Below, one piece after another: positions 1 through 9,730 of a DNA stretch of 64,000 nucleotides. The stretch is taken from positions 544,001 through 608,000 of the forward strand of contig CAVQMO010000010.1 in NCBI GenBank assembly GCA_963713605.1. Reading direction: 5' to 3'. The notes under the pieces are model-generated. The model was given only the letters and a program-made list of their open reading frames with translations. It was not told where the DNA came from and did not search any database. The stretch's first letter is position 1. Every line of letters starts with the position of its first letter. The translations under genes and the position numbers were made by a program. The DNA is from an uncultured Nitrososphaerales archaeon. Lineage in GTDB: Archaea; Thermoproteota; Nitrososphaeria; Nitrososphaerales; Nitrososphaeraceae.

Positions 1-171
1 TTACAATTAGGAAACTTTTTTCCGGCAACTTTTGTATGTATCTATTAGTCATTTTGATATGAATGATGAGGTATTATAAATCATAATCTTTTGTTCAAAG
101 AAGGAGGATTCTCTATTAATCATACCCGGAATATACAAAACTTATTGAGCATCGCTCCTATATTAGAGATT

Positions 172-462
172 ATGAGTAAACTGATGTATGTAAAAAAACT
201 AGAAGTAAAGAAGGAACAAATACCTACAGATAAACACTTAACGACCAACCATAAGACATTGATGCACACGATCGTAGCCGTTGTAGGATTGTCAATACTG
301 ATAGGAGTCGGGTTCGCATTTATGGGATACACCTCAGGTCACTTTTCAGAGGCATATGTGTTATGTAAGAACGACGTGTTATCACAAGAAAGGATAGGTG
401 TATTCCAATCTGCAAACGAAATTACTGCGGCGCTACAATCATGTAATGGAGTAACCAATTAG
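172..462 (+). CDS. Small single-TM hypothetical protein
   Basis: ORF with hydrophobic segment IVAVVGLSILIGVGFAFMG; ATG at 172 preferred over TTG at 91. Confidence 0.5.
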   Translation: MSKLMYVKKLEVKKEQIPTDKHLTTNHKTLMHTIVAVVGLSILIGVGFAFMGYTSGHFSEAYVLCKNDVLSQERIGVFQSANEITAALQSCNGVTN

Positions 463-714
463 AGAAGTAGATTTTACGTCAAAGCATAAAGGCTGGATTG
501 GCTCGTCACAAACACGCATGGTAGGACGGCCAATTCACTTCTACATAGTCCTCGAGTCGGCCAGATGATCTGAATATCGCAATAATCTATCTTCCACCAG
601 TTTATTCACGTATCTGTTAAGAAATGGTCTGTCCATTTCTACTTTAGATGCCTCTATGAAGTATACTTTAGATGCCTATATGACATAGTTCAATAACAGT
701 GGACACAACTCGCC

Positions 715-845
715 CAGAAACTCATAGTATCTCTTCACACTGCAGTTGTGATAGATGAATGGAAGCTGACAAACAACAAACGTCCCATGATGATATATTT
801 GATTCATTTAGGCTTGCTTTATGCAACTATGAGCCAGCGGACTGA
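715..845 (+). pseudogene. 3' remnant of terminase large subunit-like gene (type B), copy 1
   Basis: Manual translation QKLIVSLHTAVVIDEWKL(D; 1-nt deletion)KQQTSHDDIFDSFRLALCNYEPAD*; HDDxxD-R motif typical of the TerL C-terminal nuclease end. Confidence 0.7.
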
Positions 846-1182
846 TCTTCCAAAAGATATATCTTTCAAGTTTACCCTAATGCTTTAAAGCTCAAATTTG
901 GTTGGATGCCTTTATTGCATTCAAGGGAAACAAAGAGAACATAAAAAGGACAAGTCAGTTAAGCTGCTGCATGTACTCTTAGACTCACGACATTTCTCAT
1001 ATTATTACTCGTACCTATGATGTTTACTGCTGACTTTTTCTAGGAATAACTAATCACACAAAAAGTAGGAACAAATTAATAATCACATCTTACTGAGCTC
1101 GGACACGCCGAGCTATAATAGATAATGATGTGGTATACATAGATAATCCGGAGAGGCAGCCCAACAACAATAATGGAATGAC

Positions 1183-1237
1183 AGGGCTAGTACACCAACT
1201 CCCATGATTGGAAGATAGATGCGGATGTACTAGCCCT
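1183..1237. repeat. 12-bp perfect inverted repeat (hairpin)
   Basis: AGGGCTAGTACA (1183-1194) / TGTACTAGCCCT (1226-1237). Confidence 0.7.
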
Positions 1238-1322
1238 AGGTATTACCGGATTCTACATCCAATACGAGACCAAAGTATTTAAGCTCTGATGAAGCCGTAG
1301 GATCTAATTACCTTCCCCTCAC

Positions 1323-1502
1323 TATAAAGGCGTACGTGGAAAGGGAAGCGTAAAGGTACATAGTGAGATCCATCTTAGATATTTGGGAAACCTAGAAAAT
1401 CCAATGGCACAGGAACTTATCGATGCAATTAAGAAAGGTCAATCAGTTGTTCTAGAGATTACTCCAAAGTATTACTCAACTTGGGATTACAGTAAACAGT
1501 GA
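1323..1502 (+). pseudogene. C-terminal fragment of pyridoxamine 5'-phosphate oxidase-like protein
   Basis: YKGVRGKG...LRYLGNLENPMAQELID...VVLEITPKYYSTWDYSKQ* aligns by eye to the C-terminus of 9142..9618, with an internal deletion and no 5' half. Confidence 0.75.
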
Positions 1503-1775
1503 TCATATTTTTCGCGCAATATGAACAGAAAATCTATTACTAAGTTGAGTTCTTGAAAAATGTCGCGGATCATGCGATACAAGAACATGGTGTGCACGCC
1601 GATGAAATCTACTTGAACGATCTTCCGGTCAATCTTTTGTATCATTCCTTTTAACGAATGTGAGGACATTCTGCAATTATTACTGCCTATTAGGAATTAG
1701 TAGAATTGCTTGGATAGTTAAATAGGAATAGTCGAAATATTTGTGTGCAACTTCGATTAGAAAGAGTCTTAAATC

Positions 1776-2213
1776 ATGCAAAACCATCATAATTATATGA
1801 AAAAAACATGTCTAAAATTTGTCTTAGGCGCAGGACTAGGGTTATTTATATTAAGTACTATTCAGGTGTCGGCTCAACCTCTAACAAAGGACACTTTAAC
1901 TGGAAATGTAACAGAAGTAGACATTTCAATAGATCCTGCAGAACCCCTGCCGCCAAACGGGACGGTAACTATCAGTACAGAAGGTGCAACAGATACAGAC
2001 ATGAATGCATTTCCACCTGAAGGAGTTAACGTCATTATCTCAAGTGATACCGTTACAGTAACGAATCAAACCGTAGATCTCGGAACGGCTGAGGGACAGG
2101 AAGATGGATCTGGATCCGGTGATGGAGGTTCTGATGAGGGATCTGGATCCGGTGATGGAGGTTCTGATGAGGGATCTGGATCCGGTGATGGTGGTTTCGA
2201 TGATGAGGAGTGA
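1776..2213 (+). CDS. Secreted acidic protein with Gly/Ser/Asp-rich tail
   Basis: Signal peptide ending VSAQ; GSGSGDGGSDE repeats. Confidence 0.75.
   Translation: MQNHHNYMKKTCLKFVLGAGLGLFILSTIQVSAQPLTKDTLTGNVTEVDISIDPAEPLPPNGTVTISTEGATDTDMNAFPPEGVNVIISSDTVTVTNQTVDLGTAEGQEDGSGSGDGGSDEGSGSGDGGSDEGSGSGDGGFDDEE
2106..2204 (+). repeat. 33-bp coding tandem repeat x3
   Basis: GGATCTGGATCCGGTGATGGAGGTTCTGATGAG: two exact copies plus one degenerate copy. Confidence 0.9.
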
Positions 2214-2744
2214 GTAGAGGAGTGAAGAATGCGATGACTATTGTCTGAGTATCCTCTTTATTTTCTGCGCGCAAATTTACATCATCCTGAATTGAAATTT
2301 GAATCGAAAAGGCAGGGCCATGGTAGATTGGATGCCGATAGAGTCGCCCGCCTTTATGGTGTGTGTTGCGATTAAGGGCCAACTATCTTCCTGATCGAAA
2401 ATTGACTTTTAGTGTGCAAGTTTCGTATTCCAATTTGTTTGTTGATTGAAATTAGAAAGGTTATCGATGAATCTCATCTAGGGTATACTCTGATATGAGC
2501 CTAGAGGAACCAATACTAACTGTGAGAAACCTTCAAAACTTTTTTAGCGTCAACTGAATCAATTTCTGTCAATGATGATGAGCCCCTTTACCTACGGGAA
2601 TCTAACCGTACAGGGGTAGAGAGAGCATCTTTCCGTAAGATGAGTATTTCGGAAAAGACAACGGATCTAGTCCAATTCAACCATGGTATGTCATCTCATG
2701 CTTGCATACAACATCTTTTAAAGTAGTGAGTCACTCAAGTCATC

Positions 2745-3467
2745 ATGCAAAATGCTTCCGGAGTAACTTTCATCGTGAAAGAGATGGTAAAGCACCTTGG
2801 TAACTTGCTATTTGTCAATGCTCTATTCATATTCCTTCGCAAAAGAACAAAATCAGGAGCAGAGTACAATATCAAGTTAATTGGACAGCCGACTAACTAC
2901 TTTAAAATTAGCGCCGCCGTTATCGGCATATCGTCTTCGGTTATTTCAATTTTGATTGTAATTGTATTCGATCAAAACATAATGATAGTAATTGCTGCCG
3001 TATTCATTTCTCTTGGGACGGGGCGACAGATCTTTGCCTCGGCACTGGATGTCGTAAATACGAACCTGAACGCCTTCTTGTCATCTTGGGCATCAACTCT
3101 TCTATTGCTTGCAAAGAATAGGCTGATGGTGACGACGACAGATTGGCGTTCCATAGAACGTCGAGTCGAGCTGATACTCATGAGCAGGGGGCTTGGGTAT
3201 AATTTGCCAGTTAAACTCGATGGGGTAAAACCAGAATCTCAGCAAATATTATTAGAGTATTTGGATGAGCATAAATTGGAGTTAGAGTATCAACAGGCTA
3301 TTACAGATGATGATTCTAGCTGCCTTGCTTTTGTCCAATACGCAACTAAACAGATGAAAGAAAAGTTTCAGATATATGATGAACTGGAAGAACTACAGGA
3401 AAGAAGTGGAGGCGTTAACGCAGTAATCCTGATAGCATTGGGAACGTTGATTTGGTTAATTTCATAG
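2745..3467 (+). CDS. Multi-pass membrane hypothetical protein
   Basis: 240-aa ORF with several hydrophobic helices; AT-rich TATA-like TTTAAA about 25 nt upstream. Confidence 0.65.
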   Translation: MQNASGVTFIVKEMVKHLGNLLFVNALFIFLRKRTKSGAEYNIKLIGQPTNYFKISAAVIGISSSVISILIVIVFDQNIMIVIAAVFISLGTGRQIFASALDVVNTNLNAFLSSWASTLLLLAKNRLMVTTTDWRSIERRVELILMSRGLGYNLPVKLDGVKPESQQILLEYLDEHKLELEYQQAITDDDSSCLAFVQYATKQMKEKFQIYDELEELQERSGGVNAVILIALGTLIWLIS

Positions 3468-3494
3468 TTTGGCAGTTCTTACAGCAGAATATGT

Positions 3495-3719
3495 TTGTCA
3501 TTTCAGTACCATTTAGCAAGGAACAAGAACATGTTATTCCATGTCAAAGAACTCATGGAGTATCAAACTGGATATGTGGCTATTCATCCAAGCCATAACA
3601 AACTAATAACATCCCTAAAAACTGCTGTAGAAAATGGAGAGGGCATGCTAGACAAGGAAGCCACTTCACATGATGACCTGTTTGATTCTTTCAGATTATC
3701 CCTTCAGTTCTGGCATTAG
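3495..3719 (+). pseudogene. 3' remnant of terminase large subunit-like gene (type A), copy 2 (longest)
   Basis: NKNMLFHVKELMEYQTGYVAIHPSHNKLITSLKTAVENGEGMLDKEATSHDDLFDSFRLSLQFWH*; no ATPase domain upstream. Confidence 0.75.
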
Positions 3720-3913
3720 TCTAGTCTGGCAAGACAAGGGAGATGGAATCTTGATATACATTTAGATCGGGGCACCCTGTGCTTTGTTGTCTGCAAGTCT
3801 GATTGAGCATGAACTGTAAGAGCTGCACCACAAAATAAGAAGGATATAGAATAAATGGAAAGGACCAACGCTAATATTTTCTGCGACAACACCATGCCAA
3901 ACTTTGAAGGCAA
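3720..3913 (-). pseudogene. Truncated N-terminus of a secreted protein
   Basis: Signal peptide ...LTVHAQ followed by SDLQTTKHR, then non-coding-looking sequence; sits between two terL remnants. Confidence 0.4.
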
Positions 3914-3949
3914 TATTTAATGATGTTTACCTATGATCGCCTTCAAGGA

Positions 3950-4075
3950 TTCAGTAAACTCATAACAGCATTAAGGACAGCAGTACAGAAAGGGGACGGT
4001 ACGCTGGATAAGGAAGCAACTTCACATGATGACTGCCTGGATGCTTTCAGGTTGTCTTTTCAGTTTTGGCATTAA
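3950..4075 (+). pseudogene. 3' remnant of terminase large subunit-like gene (type A), copy 3
   Basis: FSKLITALRTAVQKGDGTLDKEATSHDDCLDAFRLSFQFWH*, in frame and clearly homologous to copy 2. Confidence 0.8.
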
Positions 4076-4328
4076 CATGGTTAGAACTTGATTTAGGATT
4101 CGCCGCTTTTGTAGGCTTGTCAATCCTGTCCAATGCCCCAATACCTCCTTCTTTTTCTTTATGCAATTCATGGCCTTTGTCTGCGTCATGGTAACCTAAC
4201 CAATAACAAAGGTTTAAAGTCATACTCAGTAACCTCGTTGGGGGTGCCTCGGGATATTTCTGATTCTTCCTCGCAATGGGTTTACCTTCAGGATCTTGAA
4301 ACAATACGTCATAAGATTCTCCTGTCAT
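4047..4328 (-). CDS. Hypothetical protein (possibly truncated)
   Basis: ORF from ATG at 4328; its 3' end runs antisense into terL remnant copy 3. Confidence 0.3.
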   Translation of the reverse strand: MTGESYDVLFQDPEGKPIARKNQKYPEAPPTRLLSMTLNLCYWLGYHDADKGHELHKEKEGGIGALDRIDKPTKAANPKSSSNHVNAKTEKTT

Positions 4329-4468
4329 TATTTGTAACTCCTCGAAAGATTTCACAGGAACTATGACTAAGGGACGTAGATAAGAAAGCAACAAGCCACG
4401 ATGACCTCTTTGATCTTCCAATAAATATATCTTACAAGTCTGCCTTAACGCTTTAAAGCGTAGTTTGG

Positions 4469-5222
4469 ATGGATACGTTATTGCATTCACAAGGACAAGG
4501 AGAACTTAGAAAGAAAACGTCCGTGAGCGCTGCCGTCCGTGCTCTTAGATTCGCGTTATGTCTCATTTTACTAATTATACCTGTGATGTCAACTGCTTTC
4601 TCTGATAACGCGATAGGACAGACAGTACACCCACAAAGAGTGGAGATTACAAGAGTAATAGATGGAAACGGGGCCAACCCTTGTCCACCTTTTCAGGGCC
4701 CTGGACTTCCCCCCGCCGGAGAGTGTGATCAAGCAACAGTATCAAAAAAGATTACTATATCATTTAGAGCTGTAGCCGGTGTGCCCAATGTAGCTATGTA
4801 GTATAGATGGAAAGGCTTTTGCAAGCTGTACCAGTCCCATTACCTTCAATAATCTTGCTTTAGGTATTCACACTTTCATAGTAAAAGATAAATCAGCGGC
4901 GCCTCAAAACCCAGATTCTTACACTTGGACCGTACTAACGCCAGCTCAAGGAGTACAAAAACTGATCGATACTATAAGTACGATGAATATCAATCCCGTA
5001 TTCAAAAATAGTTTGATATCTCAGCTAAAAAGCGTCAAGACAATAATTACCGATGGCAGTCCTAGCAACGACGTCACAGCATGCGTTCATTTAGATTCAT
5101 TCTTGATACAAGTAAGGATCCAAAGTCAGCTGGGGATACTAACTACTTCTCAAGCTAACCAAATAATATACACTCTGCCGTTTTCAGCGCAGGCAATAAA
5201 GACGTCATTGGGATGTGCATAA
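4469..5222 (+). CDS. Secreted protein with Ig-like beta domain and helical C-terminal domain (one frameshift near 4790)
   Basis: Joining frames gives signal peptide...LCSIDGKAFASCTSPITFNNLALGIHTFIVK...YTWTVLTPAQGVQKLID, continuous with ORF 4983..5222. Confidence 0.7.
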
Positions 5223-5309
5223 AATACGAGCTAACGGTCTATAGACGCGACCAAACTTTCATTCAGTTATTAGCGTTACCCTAAAGCATTCATAGTTTCT
5301 GAAAGAATC

Positions 5310-5333
5310 TTACCATTGCAGTTGTGGCATTAG
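5310..5333 (+). repeat. Minimal terL 3'-end remnant
   Basis: TTACCATTGCAGTTGTGGCATTAG = LPLQLWH*, versus LSLQFWH* in copy 2. Confidence 0.55.
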
Positions 5334-5400
5334 TTGGCGGGGAGACTACCCTTAACACCGAATGGTGCAAATTGCCTAGACTTAAGTAGGATTAGCCACC

Positions 5401-5563
5401 GTTGCCGGCAGCGCCACTTTCGTTAACTATGCGGTTTGGGAATCTGTGGAAGTTTACAGAAATGCTGTCAACAAAGTTGGCGTTCGGCGGTCTAGACTAG
5501 CCACTTATCCTGACAGCACAGTCGTATCGCCACATTTGTTCGAGGGTTGCGGTTCCTGAGATC
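5401..5563 (+). pseudogene. C-terminal fragment of antibiotic biosynthesis monooxygenase (ABM) family protein
   Basis: VAGSATFVNYAVWESVEVYRNA...YPDSTVVSPHLF(fs)RVAVPEI; NYAxWES is an ABM-family motif. Confidence 0.65.
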
Positions 5564-5598
5564 TCCCAAGATTGAATTTGTTTGGCATATCTCCGTAA

Positions 5599-5610
5599 TT
5601 CTGGCACTAG
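5599..5610 (+). repeat. Minimal terL 3'-end remnant
   Basis: TTCTGGCACTAG = FWH*, followed by AGTCTAGTCT as after copy 2. Confidence 0.45.
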
Positions 5611-5863
5611 CAGTCTAGTCTAGTCTTATGGCAGTAGTCGTCAAGTGTGGTACTTTACTCTCGCCTCTTGAATGCTGTTTTTGTCGTTGTCGCTTTGCTT
5701 AATGAAGTCTGTGAAGTGCGTCCTATCCATTATGCTGTTACAGTGAATACATTCGAATCTCATCATCTCGTTTTACTGTAAAGTCAACTCATAACGTCAA
5801 CATTGTTTATATACATTCTAGTATAGCTCTGCTAGAATCTTTCACTGTCACGGTCATGCTGGG

Positions 5864-5890
5864 TTCAGATTGTCACTGCAGTTCTGGCAA
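5864..5890 (+). repeat. Short terL 3'-end remnant
   Basis: TTCAGATTGTCACTGCAGTTCTGGCA = FRLSLQFW; differs from copy 2 only at third codon positions. Confidence 0.75.
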
Positions 5891-6105
5891 CCTGATTTTA
5901 AACTGTATGCGTTAGTAGTCATGGACTCCACGTCTTTCCAGAAATCATCCCATATGATGTAGGACTTATCCCTTAGTTGCTTTCTACAAATATTACGGAG
6001 TCCTGAATCTAGGAAACCGTGAAGGATGAACTTTGAGCCCACAAATTGACCGACCTAAAAGAAGGCTAAAAGATAATAGTTGGTATCGTTAGTAATAGTA
6101 GTAGT

Positions 6106-6639
6106 ATGGTTACGCCGTGCTTCCAATCTTTTGTTGCAATAATCCTTGTTGCAACCGCTATTGTATTGCCAGTGTCAGTGTCGTTCGCAACGGAGCGAGC
6201 TATTCTACCTGAACCAGTACCTGAACCAGTACCTGAACCAGTACCTGAACCAGTACCTGAACCAGTACCTGAACCAGTACCTGAACCAGTACCTGAACCA
6301 GTACCTGAGTCAATACCTGAATTTTCCATATCGCCTTTCCCCTTCCCTTTTCCACCGAGTAGTAGTACCGGTTAAATCGAACCCACAATCATCCCAATGT
6401 GCATAAACAGTGTGTCTGGATTCATACCTTTGCAATCGTTTGGTGCTACAACATGTCCAGCCCAATATTTGGAGGTAATCTTGATAACTAATCCTTCAAA
6501 TACAGCAGTTACGTTTAGTGGTAGTACTAGTAGTAATGTAAATAATTTACCTCCCGGCAATAACTTGTGCACGTACGGTGTATCATACGTAGGTTACCCT
6601 AGACTGATTTTATATGAATGCCTTCGATTGCCTGCATGA
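6106..6639 (+). pseudogene. Secreted PEPV-repeat protein interrupted by an in-frame TAA (6373-6375)
   Basis: ORFs 6106..6375 and 6397..6639 are in the same frame, separated by a single stop; signal peptide plus Pro/Glu stalk. Confidence 0.55.
6208..6303 (+). repeat. 12-bp tandem repeat x8 (PEPV)
   Basis: CCTGAACCAGTA, eight perfect copies. Confidence 0.95.
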
Positions 6640-6689
6640 AAATGGTCGTGGGCGGAAATAATAGGAGATAAAAGAGACTGACTTCAATG

Positions 6690-6815
6690 TCAAAGAGGTT
6701 TATCAAGATCCATCCTTCGTTGCAGAAATTGATAGTATCTCTGCAGACGGCTGTTGTGATAGATGATTCGAAGCTGGACAAACAGCAGACATCACACCAT
6801 GATACCACATCTTAG
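6690..6815 (+). pseudogene. 3' remnant of terminase large subunit-like gene (type B), copy 4
   Basis: SKRFIKIHPSLQKLIVSLQTAVVIDDSKLDKQQTSHHD; closely matches copy 1, truncated after the HxD motif. Confidence 0.75.
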
Positions 6816-6844
6816 CGAAATAAATAATAAACAAATATGAGTAT

Positions 6845-7048
6845 CTAACGACGATTGCTACTGCTATCATTAGTATTACTTGTTTCAGCAGTGTCGCTGC
6901 TATTTAATGGGATTTGAGTTGGATTATCCTTATGTTGTTTAAACTTCATTATGGCGCTGGCATAGGCACTACTGGACGTCCCCATGAGTACCGAACTAGC
7001 TATTAGTGCTGAAGCAATCGCTGCTATAGCTATTGCCAGAATATTCAT
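6845..7048 (-). CDS. Small secreted protein
   Basis: MNILAIAIAAIASALIASSVLMG...AYA signal peptide plus Ser/Asn-rich tail. Confidence 0.6.
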   Translation of the reverse strand: MNILAIAIAAIASALIASSVLMGTSSSAYASAIMKFKQHKDNPTQIPLNSSDTAETSNTNDSSSNRR

Positions 7049-7137
7049 CTTCACTTCAGTTCTGGGTAACAGTATAGAGCGCAAATATATATACTGATTT
7101 TTCTGAAAATTTGTGAGCACTGGGATAGGCAGTGAGT

Positions 7138-7308
7138 CTTGCTCCTTGTAAACATATACTGGGGTACAACAACGGCAACGTAGCGATTCATCCCAAGTTT
7201 AAAAACTATCACAGTGCCGTAGAAAAAGGAGAAGGGACTTTGGATAAGGAAGCAACTAGCCATGACGACGTTATTGACGCACTCACTAATCATGATGCAA
7301 TGCATTAA
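7138..7308 (+). pseudogene. 3' remnant of terminase large subunit-like gene (type A), copy 5
   Basis: LAPCKHILGYNNGNVAIHPKF..(deletion)..AVEKGEGTLDKEATSHDDVIDAL...H*. Confidence 0.75.
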
Positions 7309-7397
7309 TCTGATGTACGACGGTCAATGTAACGGTTTACATAGCGTCAATGTAGTTGCCACCTTTGGAATCGATAAGATAAGATAAGACGAGCCCC

Positions 7398-7412
7398 CAG
7401 TTTTGGCATTAA
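7398..7412 (+). repeat. Minimal terL 3'-end remnant
   Basis: CAGTTTTGGCATTAA (QFWH*), a 15-nt exact match to 4061-4075. Confidence 0.65.
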
Positions 7413-7613
7413 TGCCATGTCTTTTACAGGAACTCACTTCTGACGGGCGTGTTTAGGGTGTCTCCTCAGTTTTTAGCACTGAAGTTCGTGACTGGGGTGA
7501 TGGATCTACCTACTCCACATCCTAAGGCTGTAAATACAGAAAATATATCTACAATGCTATTCTTGAAAACTCAAGTAGTACTTTTCGCCATATGGACCTT
7601 GGATCGTAATGTG

Positions 7614-9134
7614 ATGAGAGGGGCCAATATCATGACAATATCATTATTGTTACTAGTTTCTAGTTTGGCTATGCTCCTAGGAGAAGAAGCATTTGCTACA
7701 ATAGGGATAACGAATATGACTCAAACAGAACCCCCGTCAGGTTTTGCTCCTATTCAAAATGTTTCCTCGACCATGCCTATGCCTCTAGAACGCCTCACAA
7801 TGAGCGCACAATTTGCGCCAGATGGAAGATATCCTCCTGGTTCCGGATATTACCGAATGACAGCTTTAAGTCTCAGTCCAAACAGCAACCTATGCCCTGA
7901 TAATAATTGTCAATATGAATTTGAAGATGGGGAGCTTAGTCCTAATACATCTACAGGCGGATACCTTCTCGGTGGGATACTCCATGTCTCAACACAACAG
8001 AACAGAGGCAATGACACCAATCTATATAACGTAGAAGGAGAGCTTGATAGGGTCCAAGCTTTAGAGCAGCAGGATAACGTGACTGATTTCTTGACCGGTG
8101 AACTTAGAGTAGGAGCCGGAACAGGTAGTTTTGTAGATGACTTTGTTTACAGAATTCTGAATGGTTCGTTGACCCTTCTACCCGGAGGAGCCGTTCTTAC
8201 GCTACAAGGAGAGAGAAACCTTACTTCAGGCGTGCAACAACAGTCGTCCTCTCCTAATCTGACAACACTACAACAGCCCGCTAATCTGACAACACTACAA
8301 CAGCCCGCTAATCTGACAACACTACAACAGCCCGCTAATCTGACAACACTACAACAGCCCGCTAATCTGACAACACTACAACAGCGGCTGGAGCCGCCTA
8401 TGATTGAACAGACACCATCACAAACACCACTATCGCCACTACAACAATTAACCACCGCACCGCCTACAGCAGCACCGCCAACGACATCGTCTTCTGACCC
8501 ATTTAGTCAGACATCGGAAGTATTAGGTACTCAACAACAACAACAACAACAACTCTTCCCGTCTTCACCCTTAACATCTACACCTGGTGCAATACCATCA
8601 CAATCCTCGTACTACCCTCCTTCAAGTACAACATTTCCCCCAACTATTTATCCACCTTCGGGTACAACATACCCCTCAACCGGTTATCCACCTGTAGGCA
8701 CCTATCCAGGCACTGGTTATCCAATGGCTGCTGCCGGTGGCATAGGCGGCGTCTCTACATCCTCCCAAATTATAGCTCCATGGTTTCCGTCCCTTCCCGC
8801 CACTAATTGCGGTGGAACATTTGTCATGACAGTAGAAGGAATCCCAATAGGTGGTAATGGTAACGATAATGATAAGATTACTCCTTCTGATGAGAATGAC
8901 GATAATGGTGACAATGGTGATAATGACGACAAGCAGTACAGTGGCAAGAGCAATAGAAGGCTTGCAGTACAGATAAACTCTGATAACGGTCAAATAATCA
9001 CAGGACAACAGGATGCTATATTTGGTCAGCTATTTCAAGGACAGAAGAATATAGACCAGAACAAAGCTAATGACTTTGATATTAGATCAATATTCAACGA
9101 CTGCCAGGTCTCGATGTATAGTAAGCTAGATTGA
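7614..9134 (+). CDS. Secreted/cell-surface low-complexity (Pro/Thr/Gln-rich) glycoprotein
   Basis: Signal peptide after ATG at 7614; globular N-domain with CPDNNC; mucin-like linker; acidic C-terminal domain. Confidence 0.75.
   Translation: MRGANIMTISLLLLVSSLAMLLGEEAFATIGITNMTQTEPPSGFAPIQNVSSTMPMPLERLTMSAQFAPDGRYPPGSGYYRMTALSLSPNSNLCPDNNCQYEFEDGELSPNTSTGGYLLGGILHVSTQQNRGNDTNLYNVEGELDRVQALEQQDNVTDFLTGELRVGAGTGSFVDDFVYRILNGSLTLLPGGAVLTLQGERNLTSGVQQQSSSPNLTTLQQPANLTTLQQPANLTTLQQPANLTTLQQPANLTTLQQRLEPPMIEQTPSQTPLSPLQQLTTAPPTAAPPTTSSSDPFSQTSEVLGTQQQQQQQLFPSSPLTSTPGAIPSQSSYYPPSSTTFPPTIYPPSGTTYPSTGYPPVGTYPGTGYPMAAAGGIGGVSTSSQIIAPWFPSLPATNCGGTFVMTVEGIPIGGNGNDNDKITPSDENDDNGDNGDNDDKQYSGKSNRRLAVQINSDNGQIITGQQDAIFGQLFQGQKNIDQNKANDFDIRSIFNDCQVSMYSKLD
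8256..8385 (+). repeat. 27-bp coding tandem repeat x~5 (NLTTLQQPA)
   Basis: AATCTGACAACACTACAACAGCCCGCT: four full copies plus one partial. Confidence 0.95.
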
Positions 9135-9141
9135 AAAGAGT

Positions 9142-9618
9142 TTGAAAATCATTAACGCTAATTCTGAAATTCCCGGTATGAATGGCAGAGAAGAGGTCGA
9201 GAGTCTCTTAGGGAGCAGATTGAACTTGCAGCTAGCGACCATTGATGATACGGGTTATCCTAATATCCAGCCTGTGTGGTTCATATATGACAACGACAAA
9301 ACTAGACTCTATATACTAACTAGCGATACCTCAAAGAAGACTCTCAACATTCGCAACAACTATAAGGTCTATTTTTCCGTTGATGACTGCAACATTCCAT
9401 ACAAAGGTGTCAAAGGCAGAGGAAATGCAACTATCCTTAGCGATCCGGCAATTGTCATATCAACAGCAAATAAGTTAAGTATGAAGTACTACGGCTCACT
9501 TGATAGTCCGGCCGCAAAATCGTTGATAGACCGTTCAAAGCAGCAGGATGCGGTAGCGATCGAAATAAATCCCAAGTTCTTCTCCACATGGGATTTTGGT
9601 AAAATGCAATCAACATAG
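9142..9618 (+). CDS. Pyridoxamine 5'-phosphate oxidase-like (split-barrel flavin/F420-binding) protein
   Basis: LATIDDTGYPNIQPVWF, SKKTLNIRNNYKVYFSVD, YKGVKGRG motifs. Confidence 0.85.
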   Translation: MKIINANSEIPGMNGREEVESLLGSRLNLQLATIDDTGYPNIQPVWFIYDNDKTRLYILTSDTSKKTLNIRNNYKVYFSVDDCNIPYKGVKGRGNATILSDPAIVISTANKLSMKYYGSLDSPAAKSLIDRSKQQDAVAIEINPKFFSTWDFGKMQST

Positions 9619-9649
9619 ACAAACAGCCCAGACGTCTTTTTTTACTTAT

Positions 9650-9719
9650 TCTAGTTTATTGTTGCTAGGAGTACTTAACTTTGTAAAGTGAGGAAGATAA
9701 TCAATCTACATATACAATA
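9650..9719 (+). repeat. Duplicated upstream/promoter element, copy 1
   Basis: 34-nt exact match AAGTGAGGAAGATAATCAATCTACATATACAATA (9686-9719 = 10887-10920); similarity extends about 35 nt upstream. Confidence 0.9.
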
Positions 9720-9730
9720 GCTCAACTACT

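Noticed and set aside
640..683. 20-nt near-perfect direct repeat TACTTTAGATGCCT(C/A)TATGA
   Set aside because: Only two adjacent copies; most simply a local slippage duplication
6605..6639. Possible additional terL remnant (resembling D-AFRL)
   Set aside because: Needs several indels to align; not distinguishable from chance
715..7412. Diversity-generating retroelement TR/VR pairs
   Set aside because: Differences between copies are not adenine-specific and no reverse transcriptase is present
6208..8385. Tandem repeats as a CRISPR array
   Set aside because: No spacers; unit lengths are multiples of 3 and lie inside coding frames; no cas genes
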